Of a DNA stretch of 64,000 bases, positions 56,874 through 64,000 are shown piece by piece (positions within the stretch are counted from its first letter, which is position 1; every line of letters starts with the position of its first letter). Below the pieces are notes generated by a model. It did no database searches. It saw only the letters and a list, made by a program, of their open reading frames with translations, and was not told the origin of the DNA. A program made the translations under genes and the position numbers. Source of the stretch: Eledone cirrhosa (taxonomy: Eukaryota); contig OZ024749.1 of the NCBI GenBank assembly GCA_964016885.1, positions 7,936,001-8,000,000 of the forward strand, given 5' to 3'.

Positions 56874-59800
56874 TTACAGATATATACTCAGAGTCGGCCC
56901 ATTCACTCGGGCCATTCTTGCTTCTCTCACCCATCTTTCAACAAAATGCTGGGAAGAGAGCACTTCCTTCTCTACTCTGATTTTCCTTTTCAAATGAAAT
57001 TTGAAAAAGTCAATCAGAGCATCACCGAAGAGGTAAGTGCTCGTCTTCAGCCCTTTCAAACGTGTCCACCATACTATCTCTTTCGCCATGGCCACCAGAC
57101 AGATAAAAACTGCCTGCCCTTCCCGGCTAAAGGAGGAGGGCGGGGCAATCCTCACGATAGACTCAGATGATAGCTGGATCCGTCCTAAACGCGACAGCAG
57201 GTGTTCGACATAAACCCACAAGTCAGCAATTTTCGGACACTGGACGAGTGCGTGCAGGACGGTTTCGTCGCCCTGCGCGCATCTCGGACATGCCCGGCTG
57301 ACGGCACCTCCATGCCTGTAGAGTTTATCCCGAACTGGCAAGGCTCCTCGGTAGCACTGCCAGGCCAGAGATTTCTGGAAGTTGTCCATAGGCCCTGGCC
57401 CGAAAGTTCTTCCGAAGAGATTGGCTAGTTGATTTTCGTCGACGCCTAGAGTTTCCCCAAGTACGTCGTCGCTCTTCCCCTCCACTAATCCTCTATAGAA
57501 CGCCGAGGTGGAGTTTCCACCGATCACATTGCCCGATTGGTCGAGGGCTGTGAGCGCCTGAAGACATTCCAGTCTCCAGGCGCTCCCTCTCGGTCTTCGC
57601 TTGACCCAGGACTGCAGCTCCGTCAAGGAAACGAGCTGGGGAAAAACGCGTCTAGCAAACGGCGACCACACCTGATCACCGTCGAGGAAGAGGTGGAGAT
57701 GTCGTAGCCTGAGCGCGTGCCTGCGCATCATCAGCCACGGCATGCCCAGCCCTCCACGTAGCGGGTGTTGACAACAGATGGACCGCCTGACCATCGGAGC
57801 ACGTCCCTTCCACAAAAAGCGAAAGAGCAAACGCTCCAGCGCAGTCAGGCGAGGCTTAGGACAAGGTACGACGGTTAGGCGGTAGCAGATGACAGACGCG
57901 ATGTACGCGTTAGCCACCTCCGCTCGACCTTTCAGGGATAGCTTCCTCTCCGCCCATTTCTGGGTGAGAGAAGCCACCCTGCTCGTCACCTCGTCCCAGT
58001 TTTTGTCCGTCTGGAGGTCCGGACCGAACCAGACCCCTAGCAATTTAACCGGTCCGTCCGTCCAGCGCCCGACGACGCTGTTGGACGGCATGGACCTGCC
58101 TCTCCAGGTGCCGAGCTGCAGGCCCACTGACTTTTCCTGGTTGATCATTGCTCCTGTCACCGCTTCGTATTCTCTTAGTGTAGTGCCGATCGCCTCGATG
58201 TGTTTGGCGTTCGACACCACTACGGTGACATCGTCCGCATATGCTGACACGGATCTTCCGCATCCTAGTTCGCGCGGGACTCCCCTCAACGTCTCCAGTT
58301 TGTGCAGTAATGGCTCGAGAGTCAATACGTACAAGAGGGACGAGAGGGGACATCCTTGGCGGACCGAGCGCATGATGTTGAACGGTTCCGACAGGTGACC
58401 GTTCACTCTCACCACAGAGCAGATGTCGCTGTGCATGGCAGCGATCCAGCCTCTGAAGACGGGCCCAAAGCCTGCCGCCTTCAGGACTGCCGCTAGGTAA
58501 CGATGGTCGACCCTATCGAAAGCTTTCGACTGATCTAAATTGATCAAGGACCCACCCGTGCCAGGTTCCCTAGCTACCCTCTCTACGATGTATCGCATGA
58601 GGTGGAGGTTGTCGTGGATGGATCTGTCGGGAATGGCGCATGTCTGCGCCTCTCCCACCAGACCACCAACGACAAGCGCCAACCTCTTTGCTAGCACCTT
58701 GGCCAAAATCTTAAACTCTGTGTTTAGCAGAGTTATGGGCCGGAAATTGTCTATGTTATCCCCCTTGTTCGGATCCTTTCTCAGCAGTGCCACCGCTCCT
58801 CGGCTCACAGAACTGGGAATTCTCCCGTTCTGTTGCCAGTTGCAGTAGACGTCCGCCAAGAGGCCTCCGAACAAGTCTGGCATCTGTACGTAAAGTTCAT
58901 AGGGCAGACCATCCAAACCAGGCGATTTACCCCTTATGCAGCCAGTCATTGCCTCCCGTACTTCAGCGGCTGTTATCGGCTTTTCGCAACACTTCGCCTC
59001 AGTGGCCGAGAGCCGCGGCAGTCCGTCGAGGTAGACACTAAAGTCCATCCCTCTACCCGGCCCCCCGCTGCCCCCGAACAGCTGAGCGAAGTGTCGCTGA
59101 AAAGCTTCACACATTTGCCCGGGATCGAGTAGCATGCGCCCGTCGTGGTCCACCAAAGACCGGATCGTGGCTTTGTTGCCACGACGCGCCTCCGCCACTC
59201 GGGCCCATTGAACGGCTTTCGTCCCCTCGTGTCTGAGAGCACGCACCCTAGCTCTGACAACGCAGCCTTCGTGCTTTGCATTGAAGAATTGGTCAAGGGC
59301 CAATTTCGCCGCAAGCACGTCGGTCGCAATGCCTTTGCTAAGCGCCTCGTCTAATTTTCTAACTAGTTCTCCCTCTGCTCTATTTTTCTCTATTGCTAAA
59401 GCCTTACTAAACCTAATCGATTCTATTCTAATCGCTCTTTTCAGAGCAAACCACCACTTGTTGTTGACGATGGCCCCCGTCAACGCCCGCTTAACTAGTT
59501 CGCTAATCCGGTCTCTGTAGGCCTTGCGCGCTGGTAAGGACGCGTTTAGCTTCCAGTAGCCGGGTCCTCGTCTATGAAGCCTATCTAGGTCAAGCACACA
59601 GATCACGAATTTGTGGTCCGTGTAGCTGACTATCTTGAATTGTGGACAGCCTATGCTAGACCTATCTATTTCCCTACAAAATACTCTATCTAGATATGAT
59701 CTGGATGACCCTATGCGGTTTGTCCAAGTCCACATTGGCACATTCGGGAAATCCAATCGGTACCTGTCAGACAGTTCAAAACGCCTGAGCAGGTTGGTGA

Positions 59801-60293
59801 GGCTCTTGCACCCTCCACCCCTATCCGCTAATCCCACACAGTCCCAGCGTGCATCTAAGATCCCGTTCCAGTCGCCCACTAACACTAAAGAGCGCGACGT
59901 TCCAAGAAAGGTCTCCAGACGCCGGAAGAAATCAGGCCGCCCTGCTCCTGTCGGGGCATAGACGGCCACTAGCCTGAAAGCTTGCCCGTCTCCGCTGGTC
60001 ACGTCCAGCACCACCAGCTTACCCTCTGGGTCCAGGAAGATGGCCCGTATGGCGAGATCCAAACCTCTCCGAAAAAGCACAGCAACTCCTCCACCCGATC
60101 CAGGACGGCTGGGAGATGCGTACACATCGTAGCCGCCGAAGATCGGTGCGAAGGCCCGTGCTTCGGAGATTCTGGTCTCGCTGATGGCCACTACATCTAT
60201 GTTTAGTGACCTGAGGTCGTTGAGCAGGTGACCCTGCTTCCATGACGACCCCAAGCCACGCGCATTTATGCTGCCTATTCTGAGTGAGGTCAT
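56874..60293 (-). CDS. LINE ORF2: APE endonuclease + reverse transcriptase + C-terminal zinc finger (1139 aa)
   Basis: SINARGL, ISET, VYAP, GDWN, YLDR, TDH (APE); SPGLDG, FRPITLLN, LDQSKAFDRVDH, RQGCPLS, YADD (RT); CPRC..ETVLHALVQC. Confidence 0.95.
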   Translation of the reverse strand: MTSLRIGSINARGLGSSWKQGHLLNDLRSLNIDVVAISETRISEARAFAPIFGGYDVYASPSRPGSGGGVAVLFRRGLDLAIRAIFLDPEGKLVVLDVTSGDGQAFRLVAVYAPTGAGRPDFFRRLETFLGTSRSLVLVGDWNGILDARWDCVGLADRGGGCKSLTNLLRRFELSDRYRLDFPNVPMWTWTNRIGSSRSYLDRVFCREIDRSSIGCPQFKIVSYTDHKFVICVLDLDRLHRRGPGYWKLNASLPARKAYRDRISELVKRALTGAIVNNKWWFALKRAIRIESIRFSKALAIEKNRAEGELVRKLDEALSKGIATDVLAAKLALDQFFNAKHEGCVVRARVRALRHEGTKAVQWARVAEARRGNKATIRSLVDHDGRMLLDPGQMCEAFQRHFAQLFGGSGGPGRGMDFSVYLDGLPRLSATEAKCCEKPITAAEVREAMTGCIRGKSPGLDGLPYELYVQMPDLFGGLLADVYCNWQQNGRIPSSVSRGAVALLRKDPNKGDNIDNFRPITLLNTEFKILAKVLAKRLALVVGGLVGEAQTCAIPDRSIHDNLHLMRYIVERVAREPGTGGSLINLDQSKAFDRVDHRYLAAVLKAAGFGPVFRGWIAAMHSDICSVVRVNGHLSEPFNIMRSVRQGCPLSSLLYVLTLEPLLHKLETLRGVPRELGCGRSVSAYADDVTVVVSNAKHIEAIGTTLREYEAVTGAMINQEKSVGLQLGTWRGRSMPSNSVVGRWTDGPVKLLGVWFGPDLQTDKNWDEVTSRVASLTQKWAERKLSLKGRAEVANAYIASVICYRLTVVPCPKPRLTALERLLFRFLWKGRAPMVRRSICCQHPLRGGLGMPWLMMRRHALRLRHLHLFLDGDQVWSPFARRVFPQLVSLTELQSWVKRRPRGSAWRLECLQALTALDQSGNVIGGNSTSAFYRGLVEGKSDDVLGETLGVDENQLANLFGRTFGPGPMDNFQKSLAWQCYRGALPVRDKLYRHGGAVSRACPRCAQGDETVLHALVQCPKIADLWVYVEHLLSRLGRIQLSSESIVRIAPPSSFSREGQAVFICLVAMAKEIVWWTRLKGLKTSTYLFGDALIDFFKFHLKRKIRVEKEVLSSQHFVERWVREARMARVNGPTLSIYL

Positions 60294-60328
60294 GTTTAAA
60301 ATAGAGTGGAAAAGATGGGAAAGACCAC

Positions 60329-62423
60329 TTACCGTACTTTTGGTAGAGGAGGGATGGTTTTTACATCCCTTTTCACTTGATCGTCTGGTGAAGGGACCGT
60401 TGAATCGTCCCTTCGGCTGGTCGTCGGCTCTTCTAAGAGAATGTCTGAATATACTCTTCGATTAATGGTTCCTCCTAGGTCCCTGAAATCACCAACTGCG
60501 TTGGGGAATTTCGTTTTAATGTTTGTGTATTGTTTCTGTGCTATTTTTAGCAGTCTTATGTTAGTTGGCGTTTTGATTGGTGCTGGTATTATGTAGTCCT
60601 GTTGTGAAATGTCTGTGTGTTCAATTATGTAAGTCATTAGTTTCTTGTTGTGTGTGTTTATTGCCGTGCATTTGTTTTTCTGGGGGTGGGGTGTGGTTCT
60701 GCTATTTTCTTGTCGTTGTTGCTGGGTGTGTGTGTTTTGTTGTTGTGTTTGCGATGTTGGTGCTTGTGGTGGTGGTGTTGAAGGTGTTGTTGGCGGTGGG
60801 GTTGTCGCCGGTGGTGATGGTGGTGCTGGTGTGGGTGGTGATGGTGTTGGTGGTGTTGCTGCTGTGGGTCTCTTTGCAGTAGACTTTACCCTTTTCTCAT
60901 TTCTTTCCTCCCTTTTCAAAGGCGACGATGCGCTGCTTCTGCGTTTGTGCCTTCTTGCGACCTTTTGCCATCCCTCTCCCACCTCACACTCCATGTCTGA
61001 TTCTGTAAGGTCGGGGAGGGGTACCAGCTCCACTCTTTCACTTGTTGTTGTTGGTGATGTTTGCACTGGAGTCTCTGTTGCAGCTGCATTTGGTATTGCT
61101 GTTGTTGTTGTTAATATTTCCACTGCTGCTGCTGTCTTTGATTTCCGTGGAGTGGGTATGGGTGCCACGGACCTATCGTTTCTGGTTGCCGCTTGTCCTG
61201 TTGCTGGTAGCCGTGGAGCCGGATTCGGAAGGAGGGGGGTTTTCTCCTTTCTCAGGGTCTTCTCGTTGCAGAAGGCCCTGAGGTGAGTCTTCGATCCACA
61301 GCGAAAGCATTTCGGGCGTTTGCCCTCAACACTTATGGGCAGTTGAGTGCCGTTATCGAAGTCTATCACATCCGGGATAGCTTCGATGCACTCCTGGTTG
61401 GTTTGGATTAGCATCTCAATGGAGGAGCCGACCCAATCTTCTCTTACTTTTTTCTGTACTTGCAGTACAGTTGTTTTGTCCTCGATTCCGACGAGGACAG
61501 ACGCGGCCAGCCAAGAAGGGGTCATTCCGGGGGGGACGTGGGTCAGTTTGACCCTCACAATTTTTTGCCCGCAGTAGGAGGGCACCAACACCATTTCCTC
61601 GCTCCTTAGGGTCACTACTGATTGGGCCTTTGCCTCCTGGGGTGTGGCAAAAAGTACGTCTACGGTGGCGTATTTTTTGCCTCGGGTGATGTGCGTTTTC
61701 CTCTGCCACACAGACCCCAAGGCTTTTTGTATTTGGGCCTCTGTGGCTCTTTCCACCCTACGGGATTTTGTACTTACTGTACGGTACGTGACCGTACAGT
61801 GCTCTTGGGTTTCGAAAAAGTTTTTCGCTGCCTTGCAGATTGCTCGGTGTCCGTTCTTTGTCACCATCTTCTTCGCTTCCTCTAATTCCTCATTTGTTAT
61901 GAGGATTGTTTCCAAGTTTTTCGCAATACCTGCAAATGAGATTGGTTTTTCTCTGCTGTTGTTGTTATCGTCAGAGCTGCTGGTACTTTTGTTGTTGCTG
62001 CAGGTACTACGACTACTGCCTCCGCCGCTGTTGCTGTGGTTGTTGTTGGTGTTGCTGCTGCTAATGCTGTTGTTGTTTATGCTGCTGGTGATGCTGTTGC
62101 GGCTGCTACTGTTGTTTTCATTGTCACTGTTGCTGTTGTTATTACGGCTGCTACTGCTATTATTCCTGACGTCAGACGAATGAACTGGGTTTTCGTATTT
62201 CCCGCACACCTGTTTCGTCGCTGTCGTCGTCGTCGTGGAGAAACCTTGCACGCTTTGCACGAGACTTTTCTTTTCTTTCGTCGCTTGCGAAAGAGAAGGG
62301 AGGGAGAGAGACACATTTAAAGAAGGGAGGGAGAGAGACAATCTTCTCTCTGCTGTAGTGATGATTGAGGAAGAAGAAGACGGAATGAGTGGGAGTGACG
62401 TATGAAATTTCTTTTTCGTAGCC
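60329..62423 (-). CDS. LINE ORF1: gag-like nucleic-acid-binding protein with CCHC knuckle
   Basis: Open frame 60329-62458 (start more likely MATKKK at 62423); CFRCGSKTHLRAFC; S/N-rich and P/T-rich low-complexity segments; 35 bp upstream of ORF2. Confidence 0.85.
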
Positions 62424-62658
62424 ATGTTTTTTTGTTTAAAATGAAATTTTGGGTACAAAACCCCAATAACTGGTTATTTAACCCCGAAGGGCCAAATAAC
62501 GGACAGAAAGACCCCTCTCACGAGGAGGAGGGTGTCTTTATCAACAATTTGGTTCAAGTTTTAAACAATTTACAATTGTTTTAACGGTTAAAAATTACTA
62601 TACCTTACAGAGCCGAGCCTCCGTCAACCATGGCATTCAATAATAATAATAATAATAA

Positions 62659-63680
62659 TGAGATCTGAAGGTGGAAGAGGTCTTATCAGCATAGAGGACT
62701 GTGTTCAGATGGAGAAAAACAACCTACACAAATACGTGACTGATAGTAAGGAGCCAATGCTCAGAATTGCACTGAAGGAGAGGACAATAGACCAGGGGAT
62801 GTCCAAGGAGGAAATAACAACAAGGAGAAAGAGCAGCCTTCATGAAAAATCCCTTCATAGTACCTTCTTTGAGAAAACTGAATTCAGAGATCCACAGACA
62901 TGGAACTGGTTGAAAAGAGGAGACCTTAAAAATGCTACAGAAGGAATGTTAATGGCTGCGCAAGAGCAGGCCCTCAAAACGAAGTGGTTGAAACACCATA
63001 TTTACAAGGAGGAGGCTAGCCCACTGTGCATGATCTGTGGAGAGAGAGAGAGCAGACTGTGGCTCACATTGTATCCGAGTGTAAACACCTAGCCCAGACT
63101 CACTATAAGGTCTGGAGACATGATGTGATGGGCAAGGTGATCCACTGGCACCCATGCAAAGTAAACAATTTACCACATTCTGAGAAGTGATATGAGCATA
63201 AGCCAGAGTCGGTGATAGAAAACGATCAGGTGAAGGTGCTGTGGGATTTTAGGATACAGACGGACAAGAGACTGGAACACAATAGACCTGACCTGGTGGT
63301 TTTGGACAAGGACAAAAGATCGTGCCTGTTTGTGGATGTGGCCTGCCCATTCGACACGAGAGTGCAAGAGAAGGAGAGGGAGAAGATTAACCGATACCAG
63401 GACTGAAAGTGGGAGGTAAAAAGGATTTGGAACTGCTATGAAGTCAAAGTGTTCCCGATTGTCATAGGCGCACTAGATACTATCTCAAAACGTTTCCAGG
63501 GATGGTTAAAGAAAATTGGGCCCGCCACGCTTTTTGGAACGCTTCAAAAAGCATGCTTGCTGGGAACAGCAAGAACCCTCCGATACGTCTTGAATATCTG
63601 AGGCTGCAGGTGGGGACTTGATATTCATTTAAACAAACTTTCCAGTTATATAACATCAATGACTGAGACTCAAAGAACAA
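62659..63680 (+). mobile_element. 5'-truncated, disabled R4/Dong-like LINE in (AAT)n
   Basis: High identity to 17036-18050; frameshift and stops; same 3' UTR. Confidence 0.9.
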
Positions 63681-63699
63681 TAATAATAATAATAATAAT

Positions 63700-64000
63700 G
63701 CTTTCTTTATTGGCCAGAAGGGCTGACATCAAAAACTCGCGTTAGTCCCCTGTAATATTATGAGTTCAAAGAATAAATTACCTGGTTCTCAATAATAACA
63801 GTATATAGAGAAGAAACCACAAAAAGGGGTTATGCATTCATTTACAAGGGGTAGAGAACCACTATGGTGAAGGATATAAGGTTTACGAGGAGAAAACACA
63901 TAATAATTAAGAGGTAAAATTAAAATGTAAAACATCCACCTTTATAACTCTACACACCTGGACATTACCAAAGATGAGAATGTTTCGCCATAGTCCTGGT
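63700..64000 (-). mobile_element. Probable 3' UTR of a second Tx1-like LINE (runs off the window)
   Basis: Minus strand ends CCAATAAAGAAAGC-(ATT)n, like TTAATAAAGAAATC-(ATT)n at 56612. Confidence 0.5.

Larger units (their letters stand above)
56612..62638 (-). mobile_element. Full-length Tx1/L1-clade LINE inserted in (AAT)n
   Basis: Two open ORFs, 5' and 3' UTRs, terminal AATAAAGAAATC; (AAT)n on both flanks. Confidence 0.9.

Noticed and set aside
57201-62320. Antisense and alternative-frame ORFs inside the Tx1 element
   Set aside because: Shadow ORFs of a GC-rich coding sequence

Overview
Eukaryotic, AT-rich, microsatellite-saturated DNA, probably intergenic or intronic. I cannot support any host protein-coding gene, and most ORF-track entries are (TA)n/(CA)n artefacts. 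The repeat mix suggests an invertebrate, possibly an octopod cephalopod (inference only). Main contents: (1) one apparently intact ~6 kb Tx1/L1-clade LINE (minus strand, two open ORFs) inserted in (AAT)n; (2) several R4/Dong-like restriction-endonuclease LINE copies, mostly stacked in (AAT)n; (3) CRE-like and CR1-like remnants; (4) Penelope-like element (PLE) RT/GIY-YIG remnants; (5) many tRNA-head SINE copies, a mariner-type MITE and minisatellites. Between the (TA)n tracts lie many short PLE-type modules, either fold-back palindromes or direct-repeat units, that carry hammerhead ribozyme (HHR) motifs. The most striking signal is five copies, in three diverged families, of an HHR-like motif whose three core strands are in a non-circularly permuted order, with compensatory base changes. 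Two of these families sit in non-coding, retrozyme-like direct-repeat units. All RNA structures were folded by eye and are untested.
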